This document shows, piece after piece, positions 23,552-33,652 of a stretch of DNA of 64,000 nt. Origin of the DNA: a virus. The position numbers and the translations under genes are program-made. The stretch lies in IMG/VR virus record IMGVR_UViG_3300027782_000066, positions 15,303-79,302 of that record; one strand, written 5' to 3'. The notes beneath the pieces are model-generated. The model was not told the DNA's origin. It worked only from the letters and a program-made list of their open reading frames with translations, and searched no databases. The stretch's first letter is position 1; each line of letters starts with the position of its first letter.

Positions 23552-24736
23552 ATGTCAAATTCGTTAAACGAGAAATTCAAAGATTTTGTATCAGAAAATA
23601 TTAATGCGGAAACTGTTACAGAAATGAAAAACGCTGTAACTGCTGGCTCTGTTCCCGCAGAAGCTTCACATCTTTCTAAAGCATCTGCTTCAGAAGTTGC
23701 TGTCGCTAATGTAGAACCAATGGCAGCAGGATCTTCTGCTGAGTACAATGGTAAGTTTGAAAACTCTGGCGCTAAAGCAGCCGCCGCTGTTAAGAAGTCT
23801 AAGACTCAAGTTAACGCTGGTGAGGGTGGTCAAGACCCAATGCCTAAACTAGGATCATCATTTCCAGGAGATCGTGGTGGTAAAGGAACCACTCGTGGTG
23901 GTGGTGAATCAATGCCGACTGTTACTAAAGAAGGCAAAGAAGTTGAGAAGGAAGTTGAGAAAGAAGAAGGTCATGAAGATGAAAAACAAGATAAAAAGTT
24001 CATCAAAAAAATGATGAAGAAAGAAGATCTTGATATTAGTGCTGATGTAAATGCTTTGATAAATGGTGAAGATCTTTCAGAAGAATTTAAAGAAAAAGCA
24101 ACTACTATTTTTGAAGCTGCTCTTGTTTCCAAACTCAATGAAGAAATTGGAAAAATTGAAGAGCAGTATGTTGCTCAATTGAATGAACAAATTGAAGTGA
24201 TTAAGGAAGAAATGGCTGGTAAAGTTGATTCATTCCTTAACTATATTGTAGAACAATGGATTCAAGATAATAAACTTGCGGTTGATCACGGTGTTCGCAC
24301 CGAAATCGCAGAATCGTTTATGTCTTCTCTCAAAGATGTCTTTGTAGAACACTACATTGATATACCAGAAGAGAAGTATGACATGGTTGAGGGTATGACT
24401 GACAAACTAGATGAGATGGAACAGAAACTCAACGAACAAATTGAAAAAAATATAGATTTAAATTCTGCTCTTGGAGAATTCATCAAGGAGTCAATCGTTG
24501 CTGAAGTATCACAAGGTTTAGCAGATACTCAAAAGGAAAAACTTTCCTCACTTTCTGGGGGTGTAGAGTTTACCACTGAGGAAACCTATCGTGAAAAAAT
24601 TGAAACAATTAAGGAAAATTATTTCCCCAAAGTTCAAATTTCAGAATCTGCTGAAGCATCTGAGCCAGTGATTGAACGGGAAGTTCCTGCTCATATGGCT
24701 GCTTATGTTAATGCAATAGCTCGTTATTCAAAGTGA
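23552..24736 (+). CDS. gp22: Prohead scaffold/core protein gp22
   Basis: Acidic coiled coil, LSEEFKEKATTIFEAA; lies between gp21 and gp23. Confidence 0.93.
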   Translation: MSNSLNEKFKDFVSENINAETVTEMKNAVTAGSVPAEASHLSKASASEVAVANVEPMAAGSSAEYNGKFENSGAKAAAAVKKSKTQVNAGEGGQDPMPKLGSSFPGDRGGKGTTRGGGESMPTVTKEGKEVEKEVEKEEGHEDEKQDKKFIKKMMKKEDLDISADVNALINGEDLSEEFKEKATTIFEAALVSKLNEEIGKIEEQYVAQLNEQIEVIKEEMAGKVDSFLNYIVEQWIQDNKLAVDHGVRTEIAESFMSSLKDVFVEHYIDIPEEKYDMVEGMTDKLDEMEQKLNEQIEKNIDLNSALGEFIKESIVAEVSQGLADTQKEKLSSLSGGVEFTTEETYREKIETIKENYFPKVQISESAEASEPVIEREVPAHMAAYVNAIARYSK

Positions 24737-24745
24737 TCTTTAATT

Positions 24746-24753
24746 TATAAATA
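24746..24753 (+). promoter_or_regulatory. T4-type late promoter
   Basis: TATAAATA upstream of gp23. Confidence 0.88.
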
Positions 24754-24790
24754 GTTCAAACCTAACAATTCCTAAAGGAGAAAAAAGCAA

Positions 24791-26146
24791 ATGTTCAACA
24801 CCGAGCATCTGCAGGAAAAGTGGGCACCTGTTCTGTCTCACGGCAATTTGCCTGAGATCAAGGATAATTACAAAAAGGCTGTCACTTCAATCCTGCTCGA
24901 AAATCAAGAGAAGTTCCTCCGTGAGGAGAGAATGCTGACCGAAGCTTCACCTACAAATCACGGTCCTATTAATACTGCTACCACTGGTGCAGGTAACATC
25001 GCAGGTTTTGATCCCGTACTGATCTCATTGATCCGTCGTTCAATGCCTAACCTGATTGCTTATGATATCTGTGGCGTTCAGCCAATGAACGGTCCTACAG
25101 GTCTTATCTTCGCAATGCGTTCACGTTACGATGGACAAACTGGTACTGAAACCTTCTTCAACGAAGTCAACAGTCAGTTCTCTGGTTCACCATACGTTAC
25201 CGCTTCTGGTTCAACTGGTTCTGCTCCTACTGGCACCAACCCTGCTGTCCTGAATGATTCAGGCACTTATGGTTCTGGTTCAGCAATGAGCAGCACTACT
25301 GCAGAAGCTCTGGGTGATGCATTTACTAATGCATTTCCTGAGATGGCATTCAGCATCGAGAAGATTGCTGTTACTGCTAAGTCAAGAGCACTGAAAGCAG
25401 AATACACCATTGAACTTGCACAAGACCTCAAGGCTATTCACGGTCTTGATGCTGAAACTGAACTGGCAAACATTCTGTCTGCTGAAATTCTGACAGAAAT
25501 CAACCGTGAAGTTGTTCGTACCGTATTCCGTTCTGCTAAGCCTGGTGCTCAACAGAACGTTGCATCTCAAGGTACTTTCGACCTTGACATTGACTCCAAC
25601 GGTCGTTGGTCAGTTGAGAAGTTCAAGGGTCTTATTTTCCAGATCGAGCGTGAAATGAACGCTATCGCTAAGGAAACTCGTAGAGGCAAGGGCAACATGC
25701 TCATCTGTTCTTCAGATGTTGCTTCAGCTCTGTCAATGGCAGGTGTTCTTGATTACACCCCTGCTCTTAACAACAACCTCAACGTTGATGACACTGGCAA
25801 CACCTTTGTTGGTGTTCTGAATGGTCGCATTAAGGTTTATATTGATCCTTATTCTGCACTTCCTTCAGAAGGCAACACTGCTGCTCAGTTCTTCGTTGCT
25901 GGTTATAAGGGTACTTCCCCTTATGATGCTGGTCTGTTCTACTGCCCATACGTTCCTCTTCAGATGGTTCGTGCAATTGGTCAGGATACATTCCAACCCA
26001 AGATTGGCTTCAAGACCCGTTATGGAATGGTACTTAACCCATTCTCGAAAGGTTCTGCTGCTCTGTCTGATTCAGACCCAATTGCTGGTGGAAACCTCTC
26101 TACCAACGTTTACTATCGTCGCGTAAGAGTTACTAACCTAATGTGA
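24791..26146 (+). CDS. gp23: Major capsid protein gp23
   Basis: LIRRSMPNLIAYDICGVQPMNGPTGLIFAMR; KSRALKAEYTIELAQDLKAIHGLDAE; FQPKIGFKTRYG. Confidence 0.99.
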   Translation: MFNTEHLQEKWAPVLSHGNLPEIKDNYKKAVTSILLENQEKFLREERMLTEASPTNHGPINTATTGAGNIAGFDPVLISLIRRSMPNLIAYDICGVQPMNGPTGLIFAMRSRYDGQTGTETFFNEVNSQFSGSPYVTASGSTGSAPTGTNPAVLNDSGTYGSGSAMSSTTAEALGDAFTNAFPEMAFSIEKIAVTAKSRALKAEYTIELAQDLKAIHGLDAETELANILSAEILTEINREVVRTVFRSAKPGAQQNVASQGTFDLDIDSNGRWSVEKFKGLIFQIEREMNAIAKETRRGKGNMLICSSDVASALSMAGVLDYTPALNNNLNVDDTGNTFVGVLNGRIKVYIDPYSALPSEGNTAAQFFVAGYKGTSPYDAGLFYCPYVPLQMVRAIGQDTFQPKIGFKTRYGMVLNPFSKGSAALSDSDPIAGGNLSTNVYYRRVRVTNLM

Positions 26147-26167
26147 TTTAATTCACCACAGGTCCTT

Positions 26168-26197
26168 AAAGACCCCTCCTGAGAGGGGTCTTTTTTT
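26168..26197 (+). terminator. Rho-independent terminator after gp23
   Basis: AAAGACCCCTC-CTGA-GAGGGGTCTTT followed by a T-run. Confidence 0.9.
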
Positions 26198-26221
26198 ATC
26201 TAAATAATTTTATTTAAAATA

Positions 26222-26740
26222 ATGTCTCAATCAACTTGGGTTAAAGAAAGAATTAATAATAGAAATTTTCTTGCGCCTAATGGGTTTAAATTATCATTAA
26301 TTAATTTCCCTCAAGTTTCTTTCTATTGCCAATCAGCAAACATTCCTGGAATTTCTATTCCTGAAATCACTATCCCTACACCATTCAGAGATTACCCAGT
26401 TGCTGGTACTGAAACTGAGTATGAAGATCTAAGAGTAAATTTTCTAGTGGATGAAGATATGACTAACTACTGCACCATTCATAAATGGTTGCGTAGAACT
26501 GGTCTTGCCGAAACTTTTGATGAATATAAAAATCCATTAGAAGGTCAAGGAGTTTTACAAATTTTAAATAGTAATTGGAGAGCAAATATTACTATTGAAT
26601 TTGATGATATATTCCCTGTTTCTATAACTGCTTTAGAGTTTGATGCTACGGATACAAACGTAGAATACCTCACCGCTGCAGCGGTCTTTAAATATAAGAT
26701 ATATAGAATTAAGAACAAAGATGGAGATGTTATTTCATAA
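26222..26740 (+). CDS. gp3: Tail completion protein gp3
   Basis: NRNFLAPNGFKL...FYCQSANIPG...FLVDEDMTNY; follows gp23. Confidence 0.9.
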   Translation: MSQSTWVKERINNRNFLAPNGFKLSLINFPQVSFYCQSANIPGISIPEITIPTPFRDYPVAGTETEYEDLRVNFLVDEDMTNYCTIHKWLRRTGLAETFDEYKNPLEGQGVLQILNSNWRANITIEFDDIFPVSITALEFDATDTNVEYLTAAAVFKYKIYRIKNKDGDVIS

Positions 26741-27168
26741 TGAATTTTGAAGATATTATGCAAATGTGGGAACAGGATTCGAAAATTGATCCGATAGAAC
26801 TTGATACTGCTTCTATTAATATACCATCACTACACGCTAAGTATTTAAAAATTTTTTCAGATTATCGTTTTAGGAAAAAGCAGGTAACTCTGCAAATGAA
26901 ACAACTAGTTCGCAGTAAGTTTGAATATTATACAGGTAAAGCATCTGCACAAGAATATAAAGATAAGCCATTTGATTTAAAAATTCTTAAATCGGATCTG
27001 AATCTTTATATTGAATCTGATGAAGAAGTTAAAAATTTACAATTACGAATAGACCAGTACGAGATCATTATTGATTACCTTGATGGGGTAATTAAAATGC
27101 TCAACAATAGATCGTATCAGATTAAAAACGCCATCCAATGGAAAACTTATATTGAAGGAATCACTTAA
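26740..27168 (+). CDS. uvsY: Recombination mediator UvsY
   Basis: IPSLHAKYL...EYYTGKA...RSYQIKNAIQW. Confidence 0.93.
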   Translation: MNFEDIMQMWEQDSKIDPIELDTASINIPSLHAKYLKIFSDYRFRKKQVTLQMKQLVRSKFEYYTGKASAQEYKDKPFDLKILKSDLNLYIESDEEVKNLQLRIDQYEIIIDYLDGVIKMLNNRSYQIKNAIQWKTYIEGIT

Positions 27169-28634
27169 TGTCAGACATTATTATCCGAAAGCGCAACGAA
27201 GTATATCTTGAAATTGAATGTGAAGCGCATATTAAATATGAACTTTCGGAATATTTTACGTTTGAAGTTCCTGATGCAAAATTTATGCCACAATTTAAAA
27301 ATAGACTGTGGGATGGAAAAATTCGTTTGTTCAGTCCAGCAGAAGGAAAACTTTACATAGGGTTATTATCACATCTTATGGAATGGGCAGGGGAGTGTGA
27401 ATACTCCTGTCTGTTTGAAGAAAATCAATTTTACGGTAAACCTAATGAAACAGATCCATTAATCTCACCAGAAGGTGTCAAAGATTATATGGATTACCTT
27501 ACCGATAAAATTAAACCTCGTGACTATCAATACGATGCTGTCTATAGAGCATTAAAAAATTATCGCAGAATTATTATATCACCAACTGGATCTGGTAAGT
27601 CATATATGATTTACTCACTAGTAAGATATTTTACTGCTGCTCATCTCAAAACATTAATTATTGTACCAACTATTTCTTTGGTGTCTCAACTCTTTAATGA
27701 TTTTAAAGATTATGGTTGGGATGCTGAGGGTAATTGTCATCAGGTATTTTCTGGTGAGGCAAAGTTATCTGATATGCCTGTAGTCATAACCACTTGGCAA
27801 AGTGTCTACAAACTTCCTAAAAAATATTTTGACAGTTATACTGCTGTTATTGGAGATGAATGCCACACCTTTAAAGCAAAATCTCTTACTGGCATTATGA
27901 CTAAACTTCACGAAGCAAAATATCGTATTGGATTTACTGGAACTTTAGATGGTACTAAAACACATCGCTTAGTTTTGGAAGGTCTGTTTGGGCTTTCAAA
28001 CAAAGTAACCAATACTGCTGAGTTAATGAAGAGAGGTCAACTTGCAGATCTTAAAATTAATATTTTATTACTTCAACACGAATCTTATAAATTTGAAAGT
28101 TATCCTGATGAGATGGATTATATTGTAACACATCAGAAAAGAAATACATTTATTAAAAACTTAGTCAAAGATCTTTCGGGTAACTCTTTAGTTCTTTTCA
28201 ACTACGTTGAAAAACACGGTGAACCTTTGTATGACATTATAAATAATGATATAGGATCTGAACGTAAAGTTTTCTTTGTTCACGGTGGAGTTGAAGCCGA
28301 AGAACGAGAACAGATTCGTCAATTAACAGAACAACAAAATAATTGTGTAATCATCGCCAGTTACGGAACATTTTCAACTGGCATTAATATTAAAAATTTA
28401 CACAATATTGTTTTCGCTTCTCCGAGTAAATCAAGAATTAGAAACCTACAATCAATTGGTAGGGTATTAAGAAAGGGTGATAATAAATCTCAGGCAGTAT
28501 TATATGACATTGCTGATGATTTTTCTAAAGGAAATTATAGAAATTATACTTTAAACCATCTTAAAGAAAGGATTAAGATTTATAATGAGGAGAGTTTTAA
28601 TTATGAAATTATCCCAGTAAATATAAAAAAATGA
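27168..28634 (+). CDS. uvsW: SF2 helicase UvsW
   Basis: PRDYQ; SPTGSGKS; GDECH; GFTGT; LQSIGRVLR. Confidence 0.97.
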   Translation: MSDIIIRKRNEVYLEIECEAHIKYELSEYFTFEVPDAKFMPQFKNRLWDGKIRLFSPAEGKLYIGLLSHLMEWAGECEYSCLFEENQFYGKPNETDPLISPEGVKDYMDYLTDKIKPRDYQYDAVYRALKNYRRIIISPTGSGKSYMIYSLVRYFTAAHLKTLIIVPTISLVSQLFNDFKDYGWDAEGNCHQVFSGEAKLSDMPVVITTWQSVYKLPKKYFDSYTAVIGDECHTFKAKSLTGIMTKLHEAKYRIGFTGTLDGTKTHRLVLEGLFGLSNKVTNTAELMKRGQLADLKINILLLQHESYKFESYPDEMDYIVTHQKRNTFIKNLVKDLSGNSLVLFNYVEKHGEPLYDIINNDIGSERKVFFVHGGVEAEEREQIRQLTEQQNNCVIIASYGTFSTGINIKNLHNIVFASPSKSRIRNLQSIGRVLRKGDNKSQAVLYDIADDFSKGNYRNYTLNHLKERIKIYNEESFNYEIIPVNIKK

Positions 28635-29038
28635 ATGAAAATCAATTCTTTGCTTCAGTAAAATTAACGACAGGAGAAGAAGTTCTCGGACTTATTAAAC
28701 TAGAACAAGACGGCATACTTATTGAAAATCCTTTGATCTTAGAAGATATGCATATATTTGATGAAGTATCAGAATCTCTATCATCTAAAGGATTGAAACT
28801 TTCAAAGTGGATTAAATCTTCTACTGAAAATTTATTTTTTATTAAAGATGATAAAATTATTACTATTAGTGAATTGCAAGAACCAGGATTAACTGGTTAT
28901 AAAAGAGCAGCAATAGATATTGAAAGAGATAATCAAAATTTAAATAATCATATTACAAATAAGAAAAAATATGGTGGACATCATAGTAAAGTAAAAGATG
29001 CTCGTATTAAATTTGAAAAATTATTTAATGATTATTAA
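28631..29038 (+). CDS. Hypothetical protein, Sm-like small beta-barrel
   Basis: VKLTTGEEVLG...NP motif shared with ORFs 34591, 37330 and 37598. Confidence 0.7.
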   Translation: MNENQFFASVKLTTGEEVLGLIKLEQDGILIENPLILEDMHIFDEVSESLSSKGLKLSKWIKSSTENLFFIKDDKIITISELQEPGLTGYKRAAIDIERDNQNLNNHITNKKKYGGHHSKVKDARIKFEKLFNDY

Positions 29039-29074
29039 TTAAAGATACTATTGGGTTTCAACCCTGACAGAGTT

Positions 29075-29103
29075 ATCATACTCGTATTTCAGAGTCTTGT
29101 CAA
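29075..29103 (-). promoter_or_regulatory. Sigma70-type promoter on the minus strand (antisense to the uvsW region)
   Basis: Reverse complement reads TTGACA-N17-TATGAT. Confidence 0.65.
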
Positions 29104-29126
29104 GCCCCCTTAAAATGTGGTATAAT
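29097..29126 (+). promoter_or_regulatory. Sigma70-type promoter for the gp55 operon
   Basis: TTGTCA-N18-TATAAT with extended -10 (TGTGGTATAAT). Confidence 0.75.
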
Positions 29127-29162
29127 ATGTACATACAAACACTAAACGAGTAATGAGCGTCA

Positions 29163-29639
29163 ATGAGAATCAAAAAAAAGCCAGAGCATTATGTAGACAA
29201 TAAGGAACTTTTATCTGCTCTATCCCTCTACAAAATTAGAGTTAATAGGGCATTGACAGAGGGGACCGCTCGTCCTATCATACCAAACTACATTGGAGAA
29301 TGTTTTTTGAAAATTGCCACTCACCTATCATACCGTCCTAATTTTGTCAACTACCCGTTCAGGGAAGATATGATAAGTGATGGTATTGAAAATTGTGTTC
29401 AATATATTGATAGATTTGATACAGAACGTACAAATCCATTTGCTTATTTTACACAAATTATTTACTTTGCTTTCCTTCGAAGAATTCAGAAAGAAAAAAA
29501 ACAACTGGAAATAAAATCAAAAATTCTTGAACGATGTGGATACGATGAAGTATTACATGCAGATGTTAATGAATTAAATTTTTCTTCCGCTGATTATAAC
29601 AGCATCAAACACAACATTGAACAAAGAACTAGAAGATGA
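29163..29639 (+). CDS. gp55: Late-transcription sigma factor gp55
   Basis: HYVDNKE; YIGECFLKIA; NPFAYFTQIIYFAFLRRIQKEKKQ. Confidence 0.97.
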   Translation: MRIKKKPEHYVDNKELLSALSLYKIRVNRALTEGTARPIIPNYIGECFLKIATHLSYRPNFVNYPFREDMISDGIENCVQYIDRFDTERTNPFAYFTQIIYFAFLRRIQKEKKQLEIKSKILERCGYDEVLHADVNELNFSSADYNSIKHNIEQRTRR

Positions 29640-30682
29640 AAGTTGCTCTGCTTACAGATACACATTATGGGTTTAAGAAAGGTAATCAAGATTTCCATGA
29701 TTACTTTTTAAAATTTTATAATGATGTATTTTTTCCTACTTTAAAAAAAGAAAAAATTAAGCACGTTATTCATATGGGTGACGTGTTTGATATTCGTAAA
29801 AATATTGATTTTTGGAGTTTGAATTGGGCAAAGAAAAATATCTTTAAACCATTAGAAGAGATGGGTATCACTTGTGATCTTCTTGTTGGTAATCACGATA
29901 GTTTTTATAAGAACACTCTAGAAATTAACTCTCTGGAGTGTTTGCTTTTGGAGTTTGCTAATCTTAAGGTCTTCAGTAAACCTTCAGAAGTTACTGTAGA
30001 CAAAACTAAACTGATGTATGTTCCTTGGATTTGTCAAGATAATGAGGAACAAACTCTTAATCTTATTCAAGATACTGAAGCAAAGGTAGTATTGGGTCAC
30101 TTAGAACTCAAAGGTTTCACTGCTAATCCAGGATGGACTTGTGAGCACGGCTATGATGCATCTATCTTTGATAAGTTTGAGTTAGTAATGTCTGGGCATT
30201 TCCATACTCGCAGTAAGAAAAGTAATGTTCAGTATGTCGGAAATTCATATCAGATGTATTGGAATGACTATAATGATAAGCGTGGGTTTAATATCTTTGA
30301 TACTGATACTCAAAAACTTAAGTTTTATGAAAATCCCTATCAGATGTTTCATAAAATATTTTATGATGATATTAAGAATGAGTATTATGATGTTGACTTT
30401 GAGCAATATAGAGATACTTGTATTAAGTTAATTGTAGAAAACAAAACTGATTATACGCAATTTGATCACGTTATTACTAATCTTCAAGATGTCGTAATTG
30501 ATCTTAAAGTAATTGAAGATTTTTCAGTCGAAGGTGAGACAGACGATGATATTGAACTGGAGCATGAAGATACATTGACTATTCTAGAAAAATATATTGA
30601 CGAAATGAATACCAGTTTAAATAATGTAAAGATTAAAGAAATTATGAAATCACTTTACGTTGAGGCATTGGAGGTGGTATAA
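29636..30682 (+). CDS. gp47: Recombination endonuclease gp47 (Mre11/SbcD-like)
   Basis: TDTHYG, GDVFD, GNHD and SGHFH metallophosphoesterase motifs. Confidence 0.96.
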   Translation: MKVALLTDTHYGFKKGNQDFHDYFLKFYNDVFFPTLKKEKIKHVIHMGDVFDIRKNIDFWSLNWAKKNIFKPLEEMGITCDLLVGNHDSFYKNTLEINSLECLLLEFANLKVFSKPSEVTVDKTKLMYVPWICQDNEEQTLNLIQDTEAKVVLGHLELKGFTANPGWTCEHGYDASIFDKFELVMSGHFHTRSKKSNVQYVGNSYQMYWNDYNDKRGFNIFDTDTQKLKFYENPYQMFHKIFYDDIKNEYYDVDFEQYRDTCIKLIVENKTDYTQFDHVITNLQDVVIDLKVIEDFSVEGETDDDIELEHEDTLTILEKYIDEMNTSLNNVKIKEIMKSLYVEALEVV

Positions 30683-30948
30683 TGTATATTCTATGCCTTG
30701 ACGGGAAAGAAGATGAAGGTGCTTATGCAATGGCAAATAGTAATGGCGAAAAAACTCTTTTGATTTTTGAAGAAGAGGATGATGCCGACCGATATATTGG
30801 AATGCTTGAAGCAGATGACTTTGCTGCTTTAGTTGCTGTAGAAGTTGACGTTGATTCTATGATTAATATGTGTAAACATACTGGATATGAATTTATGATC
30901 ATATCTCCCAATGAACTTGTAATTCCACCTTCTCATAATAATTTATGA
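30682..30948 (+). CDS. Hypothetical acidic protein (DUF3110-like, cyanophage type)
   Basis: EGAY...LLIFEEEDDADRY...LVIPP; lies between gp47 and gp46. Confidence 0.65.
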   Translation: MYILCLDGKEDEGAYAMANSNGEKTLLIFEEEDDADRYIGMLEADDFAALVAVEVDVDSMINMCKHTGYEFMIISPNELVIPPSHNNL

Positions 30949-32678
30949 TTATCTTTAAAACTATTCGCTTTAAGAACTTTCTTTCAAGTGGTAATAATTT
31001 CACAGAAATTTCCTTAAATTCTCATAGCAATAATATTATCATTGGAACTAATGGAGCAGGTAAGAGTACCATTTTAGATGCTCTTACTTTTGGTTTGTTT
31101 AATAAACCTTTTCGTAAGATTAACAAACCACAACTAGTTAATTCTATCAATGGTAAAGATTGTTTAGTGGAAATTGAATTTTGTATTGCTAAGAAAGAAT
31201 ATAAGGTTATTCGTGGGATGAAACCCAATGTGTTTGAAGTTTATGTGAATGGAAAAATGCTTGACCAAGATGCTGCTACTGTAGATCAGCAGAAATTTTT
31301 AGAGCAAACTATTCTTAAACTGAACTATAAATCATTCACGCAAATTGTTGTACTTGGTTCTAGTACTTTTGTTCCTTTCATGCAACTGCCACTGGCATCT
31401 CGCAGGGAAATCATTGAGGATCTTTTGGATATTCAAGTATTCAGTATTATGAATACTAATCTAAAAGAAAGAATGAAACAATTAATGGATGATATTCGCC
31501 TCACTGATAGTAATATTGATCTTGCTAAACATAAAATTGGAACACAGAAAAATCTGATTGTAGAATTAGAAAATAAAAGTGACAGTATCGTTCTAGATAA
31601 GTCAAATAAGATTGATGAATTTTCTAAGCAAAGCAATTTGCTTCTTAAAGAAAATAAAGATCTGAATATTTACATAACTGAAAAGCAATCCCTGCTTGAT
31701 AATCAAGATAAAATTTCCAATAAGTTTGATAATTTAAAAGAAATAAAATATAAATTTAAAAATAAAGTTTCAAATCTAATTAAAGAAAACAAATTTTATA
31801 ATGAAAATGACAACTGCCCCACCTGTAAACAAATCTTAGATGAAAGTTTTAAGTTAGAAAAGATTGCTAAGAACTCCAGTACTCTGAAAGAGACAGAGAA
31901 TGCTTGGACTGAGTTAGAAACCGAAATGCAAAAGGTCGGAGAGCAATTAGATAATTTTAAAATAATTAATTCGGATATTCAAACCAGATATTTACAGATT
32001 GATAAAAACAATAGTATGATTAATCATCTACAAAGACAGATTACTCAACTAGAAAAGGAAATTGATGATGTTCAAGATCAAAAAAATACTTCTAATAAAG
32101 AGAAGGAAGTTCTTGAGAAATTGAATTCTCAATTAGTAGCATACGAAGAAATTCTTATTGATTATAAACAGAACAAAGATTATTATAGTCTCTGTTCAAA
32201 CTTGCTGAAAGATACTGGTATTAAAACCAAGATCATCAAACGGTATTTGCCTGTAATGAATAAACTTATTAATCAGTTTCTTCAGCAAATGGATTTCTTT
32301 GTAAACTTTACTCTCAGTGAAAGTTTTGAAGAAACTATTAAGTCTCGTTATCGAGATGACTTTAGTTATCCATCATTCTCGGAAGGTGAAAAATCTCGTA
32401 TTGATATCGCTCTGATGTTGACTTGGCGTTCTATAGCAAAACTTAAGAACAGCGTGGACACCAACCTGCTGATCCTAGACGAAATCTTTGACAGCTCACT
32501 TGACAACACGGGCACTGATGAGTTATCATTTATATTGAGGAACTTCACCACCGACGTAAACCTCTTCATCATTTCCCATCGGGAGCATATGGTTGATAAG
32601 TTTGATAGGGTTCTTAAATTCAACAAAGTGAAAAATTTTAGTAAAATGGAGGAATTGACAAATGCAATGGAAGTATAA
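30945..32678 (+). CDS. gp46: Recombination ATPase gp46 (Rad50/SbcC-like)
   Basis: GTNGAGKST; CPTC zinc hook; FSEGEK; LILDEIFD. Confidence 0.97.
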   Translation: MIIFKTIRFKNFLSSGNNFTEISLNSHSNNIIIGTNGAGKSTILDALTFGLFNKPFRKINKPQLVNSINGKDCLVEIEFCIAKKEYKVIRGMKPNVFEVYVNGKMLDQDAATVDQQKFLEQTILKLNYKSFTQIVVLGSSTFVPFMQLPLASRREIIEDLLDIQVFSIMNTNLKERMKQLMDDIRLTDSNIDLAKHKIGTQKNLIVELENKSDSIVLDKSNKIDEFSKQSNLLLKENKDLNIYITEKQSLLDNQDKISNKFDNLKEIKYKFKNKVSNLIKENKFYNENDNCPTCKQILDESFKLEKIAKNSSTLKETENAWTELETEMQKVGEQLDNFKIINSDIQTRYLQIDKNNSMINHLQRQITQLEKEIDDVQDQKNTSNKEKEVLEKLNSQLVAYEEILIDYKQNKDYYSLCSNLLKDTGIKTKIIKRYLPVMNKLINQFLQQMDFFVNFTLSESFEETIKSRYRDDFSYPSFSEGEKSRIDIALMLTWRSIAKLKNSVDTNLLILDEIFDSSLDNTGTDELSFILRNFTTDVNLFIISHREHMVDKFDRVLKFNKVKNFSKMEELTNAMEV

Positions 32679-32973
32679 TGAGGATAAAATTCTCAAGGAC
32701 ATTGAAGATTATATTGCGAGTACCTATGGTAGTCATTACTGCGGTCACGGAGAAGAATATAAAGATATTCAAACAATTGATTTGATGGCAGCAAAAGACT
32801 TGGCATCAGATTTCTGTCAAGCAAACATCATCAAATATGGTAGTCGTTATGGAGACAAGGATGGTCACAGCAAGCGGGACTTGCTAAAAGTAATCCACTA
32901 TGCTATGCTGTTACTTCACTTCGACCGTCACTACAGTCGTACAGAAAACGGTCTCTCTGAATTCAAATTTTAA
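32662..32973 (+). CDS. Hypothetical protein (DUF3310/nucleotide-kinase-like)
   Basis: TYGSHY...NIIKYGSRYGDKDG...DLLKVIHYA. Confidence 0.6.
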   Translation: MQWKYNEDKILKDIEDYIASTYGSHYCGHGEEYKDIQTIDLMAAKDLASDFCQANIIKYGSRYGDKDGHSKRDLLKVIHYAMLLLHFDRHYSRTENGLSEFKF

Positions 32974-32975
32974 TT

Positions 32976-33635
32976 ATGAAATTATCTGAAAGCACATTCA
33001 ACATTCTCAAGAACTTTTCTAATATCAATCAATCTATTTCTGTCAAGTCAGGCAATACTCTTCGCACCATTTCTGTTGCCGAGAATATTTTCTGTGTGGC
33101 ACAGGTAGAAGAAGATTTTCCTCGTGACTTCTCACTCTATGATCTTAATGAGTTTCTGGGTGGTATTTCTTTACTGAAGAATGCTGAAATGGTATTTGAT
33201 GACCACGACTTTGTTCGCATCAAGACCAATCGTTCACAAATTAAATATTTCTTTTCTGACCCTAGTTTGATTAAGCAAGCACCAGAGAAAGATATTTCTA
33301 TGCCCGATGAGGATGTAAAATTCTCATTGTCTGAAGCAGATCTTAACAGTGTTATTCGTGCTGCTTGTGTATATCAACTTTCAGATTTTTCTGTGGTTGG
33401 TGATGGTAAAGATATCAGTATTGTTGCTCGTGATAAGGACAATGATACTTCAAATACTTTCTCTATTTCTGTTGGTGCTACCAATGAAGATTTTGTATTC
33501 AATCTTAAAGTAGAGAATATTAAACTTCTCAAAGGTGATTATCACGTCACCATTTCTAAGAAACTGATTAGTAAATTTGTTCATCAAACAATTCCTCTTG
33601 TGTATTATATCGCACTAGAACCTGACTCTAACTGA
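32976..33635 (+). CDS. gp45: Sliding clamp gp45
   Basis: MKLSESTFNILKNFSNINQS; YDLNEFL; YYIALE. Confidence 0.96.
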   Translation: MKLSESTFNILKNFSNINQSISVKSGNTLRTISVAENIFCVAQVEEDFPRDFSLYDLNEFLGGISLLKNAEMVFDDHDFVRIKTNRSQIKYFFSDPSLIKQAPEKDISMPDEDVKFSLSEADLNSVIRAACVYQLSDFSVVGDGKDISIVARDKDNDTSNTFSISVGATNEDFVFNLKVENIKLLKGDYHVTISKKLISKFVHQTIPLVYYIALEPDSN

Positions 33636-33652
33636 CCTTTACCCCCTTTATA

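Noticed and set aside
32655-32679. TTGACA...TATAAT at the gp46/next-gene junction
   Set aside because: Spacer is only 13 nt and both boxes lie in coding sequence
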